A stretch of 52,101 bases of DNA from Bacteroidaceae bacterium (GCA_036846645.1 DAIUBN010000001.1:1-52101), one strand, 5' to 3'. Shown: positions 27,641 to 37,109, counted from the first letter of the stretch. The notes: a model not told the origin generated them from the sequence alone. Program-made: numbers and translations.

Positions 27641-29524
27641 ATGAAAAGTAAATTATTACCGCTATTTCTAACAGCATTGATGGCTGTACCAAGTTTTGGA
27701 CAAAGCGCTCCAAAAGCAATTCAGCCCACTCCTCTCGCCAAACAAATGGCATGGCAGAAAAGAGAAACAATTGCATTTGTACATTTCGGCCTGAACACTT
27801 TCAACGATCGAGAATGGGGCTATGGTGACAGTGACCCAAAGACCTTCAATCCTACCAATCTGGATTGTGAACAATGGGCACAAACCTTTAAGAAGGCTGG
27901 CATTAAAGAAGTCATTATTACAGCCAAACATCATGATGGATTCTGTTTATGGCCTACTCATCTCACTGAATATTGCATTCGCAATACTCCTTATAAGAAT
28001 GGTAAAGGTGACGTCGTTGGCGAACTATCGAAAGCTTGCAAAAAGTATGGCATCAAATTCGGCGTTTATCTCTCGCCTTGGGATAGAAATTCTGCAGTTT
28101 ATGGCACTCCGGCATACGTTGAATATTTCTATAAGCAACTCACAGAATTGTTCAGTCGCTACGGAGAGATTTCCGAAATATGGTTCGACGGTGCAAATGG
28201 TGGTGACGGATGGTATGGCGGCTCGAAAGAGGTACGCAAAATAGACCGTAAAAACTACTATAATTTCCCGAGAGCTTACAAATTGGTAGACGATATGCAA
28301 CCCAACTGTGTTATTTTTGGCGATGGCGGTCCTGGATGTCGCTGGATTGGTAATGAGAAAGGAATTGCTGGCGCTACCAACTGGTCGTTGTTAAGAAAAG
28401 GAGAAGTATATCCAGGCTATGATAAATACTATGAGCTGACATACGGTCATGTTGATGGTACAGCATGGGTACCGGGAGAATGTGACGTTTCTATCCGTCC
28501 GGGATGGTTCTATCATCCAGAAGAAGATAGTAAGGTCAAAACAGTAGACAATCTCGTAGAACTCTATTATCAAAGTGTGGGTCATAATGCCGTATTCCTA
28601 CTCAACTTCCCGGTTGATAGAAAAGGCTTAGTTCATCCAATAGATTCAATGAATGCCATTAATTATCACAAACAGATACTTAATGAACTGAAAACAGATT
28701 TATTGAAAGGCCTGACCGCTCAAGTATCCAATACGAGAGGCAGTAAATATTCTGCTAAAAACATGACAGATGAGAACTACGATACATACTGGGCAACGAC
28801 AGACGGAGTGAAGTCAGCAACCGTAACATTCAATCTCAAGAAGATCGAAAAAGTAAATCGCGTGATGCTACAAGAATATATTCCTTTAGGACAGCGGGTA
28901 TCTTCTTTTGTCATCGAATATTTTGATGGAAAGACTTGGAAAAAAGTAAATCCACACGAAGAGACAACAACCATCGGCTACAAACGCATTGTCCGTTTCG
29001 ATACAGTCAAGACTCAAAAGCTGCGTATTCGTTTTCTTGATGCTAGAGCCGACGCTTTGTGCATTAATCACATAGGTGCTTATTATTCTGGCAACGATAA
29101 AGCATTCAGTTCACAACCTGAAGTTAAAGAAATTCCAACCCTACCCTTCACTATCACAAACATAGAAAAGGCAGAGGCCGACAAAGCTATCGATAAGAAT
29201 GAATCAACTGTATGCTATACAAAAGAAAATTCTATTGTGATAGATCTTTCGAATATTCAAACAGTGAAGCAACTCAATATGCTTCCCGACAATGGAAATC
29301 AGCGTAAGGGTCTAATCTCCAATTACGAGATTTATTCTTGCGATGATGCTAATGGTTCAAACAGTAAGTTGATTATTAAAGGAGAATTCTCTAATATTCA
29401 GAACAATCCGGTTTGGCAAACTGTTTATTTTAGCCCCATTAGAACTCGCTATCTTATACTCAAAGCTACACGGATTGTAAACGACATAAATGAAATCGGA
29501 ATCGCAGAGTTGAGAATAAACTAA
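27641..29524 (+). CDS. alpha-L-fucosidase (GH29) with two C-terminal F5/8 type C (discoidin) domains
   Basis: I set the start at the ATG at 27641 (MKSKLLPLFLTALMAVPSFG signal peptide). The GH29 motifs AKHHDGFCLWPT, YLSPWDRN and WFDGANG are present, followed by two discoidin-like repeats (NMTDENYDTYWAT..., AIDKNESTVCYT...). Confidence 0.85.
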   Translation: MKSKLLPLFLTALMAVPSFGQSAPKAIQPTPLAKQMAWQKRETIAFVHFGLNTFNDREWGYGDSDPKTFNPTNLDCEQWAQTFKKAGIKEVIITAKHHDGFCLWPTHLTEYCIRNTPYKNGKGDVVGELSKACKKYGIKFGVYLSPWDRNSAVYGTPAYVEYFYKQLTELFSRYGEISEIWFDGANGGDGWYGGSKEVRKIDRKNYYNFPRAYKLVDDMQPNCVIFGDGGPGCRWIGNEKGIAGATNWSLLRKGEVYPGYDKYYELTYGHVDGTAWVPGECDVSIRPGWFYHPEEDSKVKTVDNLVELYYQSVGHNAVFLLNFPVDRKGLVHPIDSMNAINYHKQILNELKTDLLKGLTAQVSNTRGSKYSAKNMTDENYDTYWATTDGVKSATVTFNLKKIEKVNRVMLQEYIPLGQRVSSFVIEYFDGKTWKKVNPHEETTTIGYKRIVRFDTVKTQKLRIRFLDARADALCINHIGAYYSGNDKAFSSQPEVKEIPTLPFTITNIEKAEADKAIDKNESTVCYTKENSIVIDLSNIQTVKQLNMLPDNGNQRKGLISNYEIYSCDDANGSNSKLIIKGEFSNIQNNPVWQTVYFSPIRTRYLILKATRIVNDINEIGIAELRIN

Positions 29525-29552
29525 GTAAATTATCTAAAATAATTAAGATTTA

Positions 29553-29584
29553 AATGATGGCGGTCACTTGTGATCGCCATCATT
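29553..29584 (+). terminator. terminator hairpin after the fucosidase gene
   Basis: aatgatggcggtca CTTG tgatcgccatcatt forms a 14-bp stem with one G-T position and starts 29 nt after the stop. Confidence 0.6.
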
Positions 29585-29660
29585 GATTAAACAAATATAA
29601 ATACACTTTTAAAGTGATTTAAAATCATTCCTATTATTTCTTTATTCGATTATTAAAAGC

Positions 29661-29668
29661 TATATTTG
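29661..29668 (+). promoter_or_regulatory. -7 box TATATTTG (mdh)
   Basis: Exact TAnnTTTG, 45 nt upstream of the ATG at 29713. Confidence 0.45.
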
Positions 29669-29712
29669 TGAGTACAAATCATTAATAACTAGCGAAACTT
29701 AATAAATTAATA

Positions 29713-30732
29713 ATGATGGAAAAGTATTTAACAGACGAGAAACTCGTAATTGTTGGTGCAGCCGGTATGATCGGTTCTAACATGGCTCAAACAGCTTTAG
29801 TTATGCACCTTTCTTCTAACCTTTGTCTATATGATATCTTCTCACCGGAAGGTGTTGCAGAAGAACTCCGCCATTGTGCGTTTCCTGGTGCAACAGTAAC
29901 TGCTACAACAAATGTAGAAGAAGCATTCAAAGATGCTAAATATATTATTTCTTCAGGTGGTGCTCCTCGTAAAGAAGGTATGACACGTGAAGATTTGTTG
30001 GCTGGTAATGCCGGTGTAGCAAAAGAATTAGGACAGAACATCAAAAAATATTGCCCTGATGTAAAACATGTAGTTATCATATTCAATCCTGCCGATATCA
30101 CAGGTCTTGTAACATTGCTTTATGCAGGTTTGAAACCTTCTCAACTCAACACGTTGGCAGCTCTCGATTCTACTCGTTTACAGAGTGCTCTTGCAAAACA
30201 CTTCGGCGTTATGCAATGCTCAGTTAAGAATTGCTGCACTTTCGGTGGTCATGGCGAACAAATGGCTGTATTTGCATCTCCTGTAACGATTGATGGTACT
30301 CCATTGCTTGATGTCATTGGTACTGGTAAAGCTATCAATGGCAAAACTCTTTCTAAAGAAGAGTGGGAAGCTATGAAGAAAGCTGTTACACAAGGCGGTT
30401 CTGCTATTATCAAACTGCGTGGACGTTCTTCTTTCCAAAGTCCGGCTTACGTTTCTATCGAAATGATGGCTGCTGCAATGGGTGGTGCTGAATATGCTTG
30501 GCCAGCAGGTTGCTATGCCGATACAGCCAAATACAATCACATCATGATGGCTATGCCTACAGTTATTACTAAGAACGGTACATATCGCAAAGATTTTGTT
30601 GGTACAGAAGAAGAGATGGCTAGTCTTGACGCAAGCTACAAACACTTGTGCGACCTTCGTGACCAAGTAATCGGTATGGGTGTTCTTCCTCCAATCGAAA
30701 AATGGGGCGAAATCAATCCAAACTTGAAATAA
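29713..30732 (+). CDS. mdh: malate dehydrogenase (LDH/MDH superfamily)
   Basis: 339-aa ORF with Rossmann motif VGAAGMIGSNMA, GGAPRKEGMTREDLL and GGHGEQM. The substrate assignment is inferred from family resemblance. Confidence 0.75.
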   Translation: MMEKYLTDEKLVIVGAAGMIGSNMAQTALVMHLSSNLCLYDIFSPEGVAEELRHCAFPGATVTATTNVEEAFKDAKYIISSGGAPRKEGMTREDLLAGNAGVAKELGQNIKKYCPDVKHVVIIFNPADITGLVTLLYAGLKPSQLNTLAALDSTRLQSALAKHFGVMQCSVKNCCTFGGHGEQMAVFASPVTIDGTPLLDVIGTGKAINGKTLSKEEWEAMKKAVTQGGSAIIKLRGRSSFQSPAYVSIEMMAAAMGGAEYAWPAGCYADTAKYNHIMMAMPTVITKNGTYRKDFVGTEEEMASLDASYKHLCDLRDQVIGMGVLPPIEKWGEINPNLK

Positions 30733-30756
30733 GCAGATTAGATTTTTACATTATAT

Positions 30757-30818
30757 AATAAGGACCAAAATATATTTCTATTCCGATAGAATATATATTT
30801 GGTCCTTATTTATTTTGT
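30757..30818 (+). terminator. terminator hairpin after mdh
   Basis: The outer stem is aataaggaccaaa ... tttggtccttatt (13 bp perfect) with an AT-rich inner extension, followed by TATTTTGTT. Confidence 0.6.
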
Positions 30819-30836
30819 TCTACTCGCTTCTTGCAC

Positions 30837-30844
30837 TATCTTTG
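30837..30844 (+). promoter_or_regulatory. -7 box TATCTTTG (hypothetical protein + ABC-F)
   Basis: Exact TAnnTTTG, 33 nt upstream of the ATG at 30877. Confidence 0.45.
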
Positions 30845-30876
30845 CAATAAATTGTACAGATGTAAATATACCGACA

Positions 30877-31710
30877 ATGGAAGGAAAGAAATATATAGCC
30901 CCAGGCGGATGGTTCTCAATGACCTACCCTACAACATGGAATGAGTTTGAAGATAGCGAAGATGCTTTCTTATTCTACAATCCTGATGAGTGGACAGGAA
31001 ATTTCCGTATTTCTGCATTTCGTGATGAAGATACGAAGAGAGGGAACATTCATTATGGTGATGATGCTTGCGATACGGAGCTGAAAGAAAATAGAACAGC
31101 AAAGTATGTACAAGTAGGAGACTTTGATTGTGCTTATAGCACCGAAACATTCGATGAAGATGGCAAACGTTATGTTTCTCATTTATGGATAACTGGCAAA
31201 GGTGATACGATGCTCGAATGTTCTTTCACGGCTTTTGCCGAAGAAAAGACGACGGTTGCCGAAGCGATTATTTCATCTATGGAAGTGAGAGACTCTGAAA
31301 AGAAATATCCTGCCGAGATGATTCCTGTTCGTCTTTCCGAGATTTACCGTATCGATGAGGCTTTCGAAAAAATTGGCAACCTTGTAAAAGAGCAACTCAC
31401 TAAAGACTTCCAAGGAGCAGAAGAAGATCTGGCTAAAATACAAACGGCTTTAGAAAAAATTCAACCTTCTAATAAGAAAAGTGAGATTTGGCTCAATGCA
31501 GGTATCGTCATCTGTTGTATATTGGCAGCCGAAGTCGATGGATTAGAATGGCGGACACTTATCGATGGTAATAGAGAAGATCCGGTGATGGTATACGAAA
31601 ATGGTAAAAGTGTAATAGATCCAATGAAGCTGATTTGGAGCAAAGTGAAGAAAGGGCAACCATGGAATATTGTCAGCGCTTATGAAGAAGCTGTAGCATC
31701 ACTTGGATAA
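30877..31710 (+). CDS. hypothetical cytoplasmic protein (possibly DUF3805/DUF3806-type)
   Basis: I moved the start to the ATG at 30877 (MEGKKYIAPGGW). The ORF-track TTG start at 30799 lies inside the mdh terminator hairpin, and a TATCTTTG box sits at 30837-30844. The domain naming is from memory only. Confidence 0.55.
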   Translation: MEGKKYIAPGGWFSMTYPTTWNEFEDSEDAFLFYNPDEWTGNFRISAFRDEDTKRGNIHYGDDACDTELKENRTAKYVQVGDFDCAYSTETFDEDGKRYVSHLWITGKGDTMLECSFTAFAEEKTTVAEAIISSMEVRDSEKKYPAEMIPVRLSEIYRIDEAFEKIGNLVKEQLTKDFQGAEEDLAKIQTALEKIQPSNKKSEIWLNAGIVICCILAAEVDGLEWRTLIDGNREDPVMVYENGKSVIDPMKLIWSKVKKGQPWNIVSAYEEAVASLG

Positions 31711-31734
31711 TATTAAATAGGATAAAGGAATTGT

Positions 31735-33606
31735 ATGAGTAATAGTTATTTGCAAGTAGAAAATCTCACAAAATCGTTTGGAGATTTACTACTTTTCGAA
31801 AATATATCTTTTGGACTTGCAGAAGGCGACCGTGTGGGACTGATAGCAAAAAATGGGTCAGGCAAAAGCACTCTCCTTAATATATTAATGGATATTGAGC
31901 CCAAAGATAGCGGAGAAGTAGTCTACCGACGTGATTTACGAGTAGGATATTTGCCACAAACTATCAGTTACCCTCAAGACATTACTGTTCTCGAAGCTTG
32001 TTTCAGTCATGGCAATGACACGGCCAAATTGATAAAAGAATATGAGCACTGCATGAAAACCGAAGGTAATCCCGGTTTAGACGATTTGCTTCAACGCATG
32101 GAACATGCCAAAGCCTGGGATTATGAAGTGAAGGTAAAACAAATCTTATCTGTTCTCAATATTAATGATTACGACCAACTGATTGGCAAACTCTCTGGAG
32201 GACAACTTAAACGTGTGGCTTTGGCCAACACTTTGATTTCTGAGCCACAATTGATTATTCTTGACGAGCCGACCAACCACCTCGACCTTGATATGACCGA
32301 ATGGTTGGAAGATTATCTGAAAAGAGCTAACATCACATTGCTGATGGTGACTCACGACAGATATTTTCTAGATAGAGTATGCAACACCATATTAGAGATT
32401 GACAACCGTCAGATTTACTCTTATAAAGGAAACTATAACTATTATCTCGAAAAGCGAGAAGAGCGCATCAATGCTACAAATACAGAAATTGCCAGAGCCA
32501 ACAATCTTTATCGCACCGAACTAGAATGGATGAGACGTATGCCTCAAGCCAGAGGTCATAAGGCTCGTTATCGCGAAGAGGCTTTCTACGATTTGGAGAA
32601 AGTGGCCAAACAGCATATCGACGATAGCAATGTACAACTCAATGTGAAGGCTTCTTATATAGGAAAGAAGATTTTCGAAGCCGATCATCTCTATAAAAGT
32701 TTTGGCGACAGAGTGATTCTCGACGATTTCTCTTATATCTTCACCCGCTATGAGAAGATGGGAATAGTTGGAGATAACGGAACCGGGAAATCTACCTTTC
32801 TGAAGATTCTGATGGGATTGCAACAACCCGATAAAGGCAAACTTGATATTGGAGAAACTGTTCGCTTTGGTTACTATTCGCAAGAAGGAATGCAATTTGA
32901 TGATCAGATGAAAGTGATTGATGCGGTGACTTCTATCGCCGACTATATTGATATGGGCGATGGTCATCATCTCTCGGCTACTCAGTTGCTACAACACTTC
33001 TTGTTCACTCCAGAAACGCAGCACAACTATATCTACAAGCTAAGTGGTGGCGAACGTCGTCGTCTATATCTTTGCACCGTGCTGATGCACAATCCTAATT
33101 TTCTGATTCTTGATGAGCCCACCAACGATTTGGATATTATGACACTCAATGTGCTCGAAGAGTATTTATTAGGATTCAAGGGCTGTCTCATCGTTGTGAG
33201 CCACGACCGCTATTTCATGGATAAGGTAGTTGGCCATCTATTAGTGTTCAATGGGAACGGCGATATACGCAATTTCCCTGGCAATTATACGCAATATCGA
33301 GAATGGCGTACTCTTTATGAACGTCATAAAAAAGAGGCAGAAAAACCAAAGGAAGCCAAGACGGAGCGTGTCAGACTAAATGAGAAAGTGAAACTGACGT
33401 ATAAAGAGCGCTTGGAAATGGAAAAACTCGAAAAAGAGATTGCCGAACTAGAGAAAGAGAAGAAAGAAATAGAAGATGCACTATGTAGTGGCAGTCTCTC
33501 GGTAGATGAACTTACCGATAAATCCAAACGTCTGCCAGAAATCAATGACATGCTAGACGAAAAGTCAATGCGTTGGCTCGAACTTAGTGAAAAGGATAAT
33601 CAATAG
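31735..33606 (+). CDS. ABC-F family ATPase (no TM domain; Uup/EttA-like)
   Basis: 623-aa ORF with two cassettes (GKNGSGKST/LSGGQ/ILDEPTNHLD and GDNGTGKST/LSGGE/ILDEPTNDLD) and a K/E-rich coiled-coil tail. Confidence 0.9.
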   Translation: MSNSYLQVENLTKSFGDLLLFENISFGLAEGDRVGLIAKNGSGKSTLLNILMDIEPKDSGEVVYRRDLRVGYLPQTISYPQDITVLEACFSHGNDTAKLIKEYEHCMKTEGNPGLDDLLQRMEHAKAWDYEVKVKQILSVLNINDYDQLIGKLSGGQLKRVALANTLISEPQLIILDEPTNHLDLDMTEWLEDYLKRANITLLMVTHDRYFLDRVCNTILEIDNRQIYSYKGNYNYYLEKREERINATNTEIARANNLYRTELEWMRRMPQARGHKARYREEAFYDLEKVAKQHIDDSNVQLNVKASYIGKKIFEADHLYKSFGDRVILDDFSYIFTRYEKMGIVGDNGTGKSTFLKILMGLQQPDKGKLDIGETVRFGYYSQEGMQFDDQMKVIDAVTSIADYIDMGDGHHLSATQLLQHFLFTPETQHNYIYKLSGGERRRLYLCTVLMHNPNFLILDEPTNDLDIMTLNVLEEYLLGFKGCLIVVSHDRYFMDKVVGHLLVFNGNGDIRNFPGNYTQYREWRTLYERHKKEAEKPKEAKTERVRLNEKVKLTYKERLEMEKLEKEIAELEKEKKEIEDALCSGSLSVDELTDKSKRLPEINDMLDEKSMRWLELSEKDNQ

Positions 33607-34444
33607 GTGTCTCGATCCATTCACCATGGTGCCACTCCATAACATGAGTATACCCGGCTTTAAGTAGTGCTTCGAATGCTTCCGGACGACCGTAATTGAT
33701 TCGTTCCGGATAGTGCGAATCGCTATTGACCTGCACTTTTATACCCAACGAATGAAGAAAAGAGAAATAGCGTTCATTGGGATAGAAGGTTTGAATATCC
33801 AAATAAGACTTGGTATTAATTTCTACCTGACAACCGCTTTGAGCTATCAGTTCAAAATAGTCTTTCACCAGTTTATCGTACCAGGGTTCGTCCAGCAATC
33901 CCTTACGATAACATGAAGCATTGTAATGCATCTTATCGGCATGACCAAGGATATCAAAACCTCCGAGCTGAATCATCTTTATCTGATGGTCGTAATACAA
34001 GTTGATAACATAATCCAGATCACCATCAAAATGCGTATCAACGATTTGACGGAACTTATCGGGAGGACAATCGATATCAACCAACTTTCCATCTTTATCG
34101 GGCAACATGTGCACAGAGCCAATACAAAAATCCAAAGGCAATCGTCTGAAACGAATACACGATGGATTACTCTTCTCGTTCACATAGTCTATTTCGAGCC
34201 CTACAATAAGTTCTATCTGCCCTTCATATTGTTTCTTCAATCGATTAAACTCAGACAAATAATCTTCCATACTATCCCACTCCATCGTCCAATTCGTAGG
34301 AAACAACAATGGAGCATGCGATGAAAAGCCAAATGATGAGAAGCCATCAGAAATGGCAAAACGAATAAAAGAATGCATATCTGCCCTTCCATCACAATAC
34401 AAACTGTGACAGTGATAATTAGTGAGGTTGTGATGGTTATTCAT
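33584..34444 (-). CDS. PHP-domain phosphoesterase, HisJ-family histidinol-phosphatase-like
   Basis: 286-aa ORF with YHCHSLYCDG, SSHAP, GLEIDY, GSVHM, LGHAD and NSDSH metal-ligand motifs. Its 3' end overlaps the convergent ABC-F gene by 23 nt. Confidence 0.75.
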   Translation of the reverse strand: MNNHHNLTNYHCHSLYCDGRADMHSFIRFAISDGFSSFGFSSHAPLLFPTNWTMEWDSMEDYLSEFNRLKKQYEGQIELIVGLEIDYVNEKSNPSCIRFRRLPLDFCIGSVHMLPDKDGKLVDIDCPPDKFRQIVDTHFDGDLDYVINLYYDHQIKMIQLGGFDILGHADKMHYNASCYRKGLLDEPWYDKLVKDYFELIAQSGCQVEINTKSYLDIQTFYPNERYFSFLHSLGIKVQVNSDSHYPERINYGRPEAFEALLKAGYTHVMEWHHGEWIETPIDYPFH

Positions 34445-34453
34445 AAAACAATA

Positions 34454-35689
34454 CTATTCTACTTTTTTACAAGCGTTGCCTTTGAAGAACTTATCAATCT
34501 TTGCAACCTGATTACCTGGTACCACAACATGATGGTTTCCTAATGGGCTATTCAAGAAATAGCTGACCGGTGTATCTAATTTCATTCTAATCTGAGTACG
34601 ATAGAATGGAGTATAATTGGTATTCTCTACCAAATTGCCTGACGAAACAAAATATTGATCCAGGCACTCACCACCACATCTAACTATAGAATAATCCATA
34701 GCAGGAAGATAACCCTGAATAGAAACACTTTTCTTGGAAGCAAAATGATTGCGAAGGTCGAACTTCTCGGTCAAGTCCAGACCAACTGTGCAATGAGACA
34801 ATACAACTTCATTCTTTTGTTTGTCAATATGATTGATATTGACCATGAAACTGCTATTTCCAGTAATTGTCCGTATTGCAATCATCGTGAACAAAGCCTG
34901 CAAATCGCCTTCACAGCCAACAGTAAAGCCATCATCATTCATAAGAGCAGAAGCTAGACAGGCAGTGACAGGTATTTGAGCCAATATACGGTTGCAATTG
35001 ATAGATAGATTTTTCAATCCAAACTCATCGCACAACTGAACCAAAGCATGATATAGCTTGATAGAGTCGATGAGATCAGACGGTGAGCATTCTCTACATA
35101 GATTAGCCTGATTCATCAAAATAGGCACCTTATCAGTCACATCACTAGTTCTTATCTTCTTGAATCGATTAATCACTTCGTCAATTGGAATATCAACAAA
35201 TTCCAATCCCCAACGACGTTTAGTCAGAAGATAATCTATTCCACTCGATATTAATAATGGAGAAGGTGTACCCACCACTCCCACTTTAGTACCAATCAGC
35301 GAACGTTGAGCCATGAAGCAATCGTAAAGCAATTTGAGTTCTGAAATCACTTCATCCTTCTCGCCATAGACTACCTCACATTTGAAGCCATGCTGACGTA
35401 TCCAGGCAGAAGATTCAATTGCTGTAGGCAAACTGTTATCATAATCATCGGCAATAAGAATCAGAGGTCTATCGAGAGCTTCAATCTGTCTGACGAGCAA
35501 TGATTCAATACCTCCGATGGTCACAAATAATGCGACGAAGTCATCTGGACCAATTTTGTCCAATTCATCGGGCATTAGCAACTTCACATCGAATGCATTG
35601 CGAAGACCGGCCAATAGTTCTTTGTGTGCATCAAGAACAGCTGCTTGCCTATTGTTGATATTTGAAAACGTTATAAGTGAAATTTGCAT
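34454..35689 (-). CDS. L-fucose/L-arabinose isomerase-family-like protein (function unknown)
   Basis: 411-aa ORF with an N-terminal Rossmann-like region and a VGCEGDLQALF motif reminiscent of the COG2407 sugar isomerases. The assignment is tentative. It lies 9 nt upstream of the PHP gene. Confidence 0.45.
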   Translation of the reverse strand: MQISLITFSNINNRQAAVLDAHKELLAGLRNAFDVKLLMPDELDKIGPDDFVALFVTIGGIESLLVRQIEALDRPLILIADDYDNSLPTAIESSAWIRQHGFKCEVVYGEKDEVISELKLLYDCFMAQRSLIGTKVGVVGTPSPLLISSGIDYLLTKRRWGLEFVDIPIDEVINRFKKIRTSDVTDKVPILMNQANLCRECSPSDLIDSIKLYHALVQLCDEFGLKNLSINCNRILAQIPVTACLASALMNDDGFTVGCEGDLQALFTMIAIRTITGNSSFMVNINHIDKQKNEVVLSHCTVGLDLTEKFDLRNHFASKKSVSIQGYLPAMDYSIVRCGGECLDQYFVSSGNLVENTNYTPFYRTQIRMKLDTPVSYFLNSPLGNHHVVVPGNQVAKIDKFFKGNACKKVE

Positions 35690-35833
35690 GATATCCTAAA
35701 AATTAGAGTCTTTCTTATATGATAAATTCTTATCCTAATACAAAGATACGATAAGCAATGTGGATGAGCAAAAATAATACCTTTAAAATTCGTCATTATT
35801 TACTTAAAAGTATTCCAATAGAAAGAATATTCG

Positions 35834-35841
35834 TAATTTTG
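35834..35841 (+). promoter_or_regulatory. -7 box TAATTTTG (crcB-DUF190-ybaK)
   Basis: Exact TAnnTTTG, 43 nt upstream of the ATG at 35884. Confidence 0.45.
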
Positions 35842-35883
35842 CAAAGTTCAATATTATTTCAACATATAATAATGTGATTTCAG

Positions 35884-36261
35884 ATGATCAAGAATTTCAT
35901 TATAGTAGGTATTGGTAGCTTCTTTGGAGGAGGATGTCGTTATGTGCTATCTAAAGTGGTTCAAAATATGATAATATATTCGTTTCCACTCGGTACGATG
36001 GTTGTCAACATACTAGGTTGTTTCCTTATCGGACTTTTCTATGGTCTGTTTGAACGAGGTGGATTAATGAATATAGACCTCAAACTATTTCTTACAGTAG
36101 GATTCTGCGGTGGGTTTACCACCTTCTCTACTTTCATGAACGAGAACATGCAATTATTAAAAGACGGCAACTTCTTTTATGTATCACTCTACTTATGTAT
36201 CAGTCTCGTAGGAGGTTTGATAGCTTTATATTTAGGTCAATTGATTACAAAAATGATATAA
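35884..36261 (+). CDS. crcB: fluoride efflux channel CrcB/Fluc
   Basis: 125-aa four-TM protein with the signature [12 protein letters not shown]. Confidence 0.85.
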   Translation: MIKNFIIVGIGSFFGGGCRYVLSKVVQNMIIYSFPLGTMVVNILGCFLIGLFYGLFERGGLMNIDLKLFLTVGFCGGFTTFSTFMNENMQLLKDGNFFYVSLYLCISLVGGLIALYLGQLITKMI

Positions 36262-36269
36262 TATCAACT

Positions 36270-36608
36270 ATGAGTACAAAAATATTAAAGTTTCATCTCA
36301 GCAATACAGATATCGTCAAACACAATTCGGTATACGAAACGATAGCTGTTTCTGCCAAACATTATGGACTGGCAGGGTGCACAGTTTATCAAGGTATAAT
36401 GGGATATGGTAGTAGCAGTCAGATGCACACCAATAAGTTCTGGGAACTCAATCAGAAAGTGCCTGTCGTTATCGAAATCATTGATGAAGAAGAAAAGCTG
36501 AAAGGATTCTTAGACAACATACTGCCTATGATAGAAAAGCTACCCAAAGGTTGTTTGATTACGATGCAGGATATAAATGTCATTCTGCAGAAGAAAGGAG
36601 ATAAATAA
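36270..36608 (+). CDS. DUF190 domain protein (frequent crcB partner)
   Basis: I set the start at the ATG at 36270 (MSTKILKFHL). The ORF-track extension overlaps the crcB 3' end in another frame. The sequence is DUF190-like (YQGIMGYGSSSQMH...PVVIEIID). Confidence 0.7.
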   Translation: MSTKILKFHLSNTDIVKHNSVYETIAVSAKHYGLAGCTVYQGIMGYGSSSQMHTNKFWELNQKVPVVIEIIDEEEKLKGFLDNILPMIEKLPKGCLITMQDINVILQKKGDK

Positions 36609-36611
36609 CAA

Positions 36612-37088
36612 ATGAAGAAATTAGCCAAAACAAATGCTGCCCGACTGTTGGACAGAGATAAGGTAGAATATGAATTAATACCCTACGAAGTAGACGAGAA
36701 CGATTTGAGTGCCACTCATGTAGCGGCAAGTCTTGGAGAGAATATCGACCAAGTATTCAAGACGCTTGTACTCAAAGGAGATAAGACCGGTCATTTTGTA
36801 TGCGTAGTGCCTGGCGAAGAAGAAGTTAATCTCAAACTGGCAGCCAAAGAATCGGGCAACAAGAGTTGCGACCTCATACCGATGAAAGAACTACTGCCAA
36901 CTACCGGCTATATAAGAGGTGGTTGTTCGCCGATTGGTATGAAAAAACTCCTCCCTACATTTATTCATGAAAGTTGCAAATGTCAACCGTACATCTTTGT
37001 TAGTGCCGGAATTCGGGGGTTACAGATAAAAATAAAGCCCGAAGACCTTATTTTTGAAGTAAAAGCGAAAGTTTGTGCACTTTTTTAA
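36612..37088 (+). CDS. ybaK: Cys-tRNA(Pro)/Cys-tRNA(Cys) deacylase YbaK
   Basis: 158-aa ORF with TNAARLL, VFKTLVLKGDK and GGCSPIGMKK motifs. Confidence 0.85.
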   Translation: MKKLAKTNAARLLDRDKVEYELIPYEVDENDLSATHVAASLGENIDQVFKTLVLKGDKTGHFVCVVPGEEEVNLKLAAKESGNKSCDLIPMKELLPTTGYIRGGCSPIGMKKLLPTFIHESCKCQPYIFVSAGIRGLQIKIKPEDLIFEVKAKVCALF

Positions 37089-37109
37089 TGGATATATAAA
37101 TGAAAAGAT

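Noticed and set aside
29604-29627. Two abutting 13-bp AT-rich palindromes (CACTTTTAAAGTG and TGATTTAAAATCA) upstream of mdh.
   Set aside because: Short A/T palindromes are expected by chance in roughly 25% GC intergenic DNA, and there is no second copy elsewhere in the window.
35690-35883. I looked for a fluoride (crcB-motif) riboswitch upstream of crcB.
   Set aside because: No conserved riboswitch strands are recognisable, and the predicted leader is too short. I reported this as an absence in the findings rather than as a feature. It needs cmscan to be certain.
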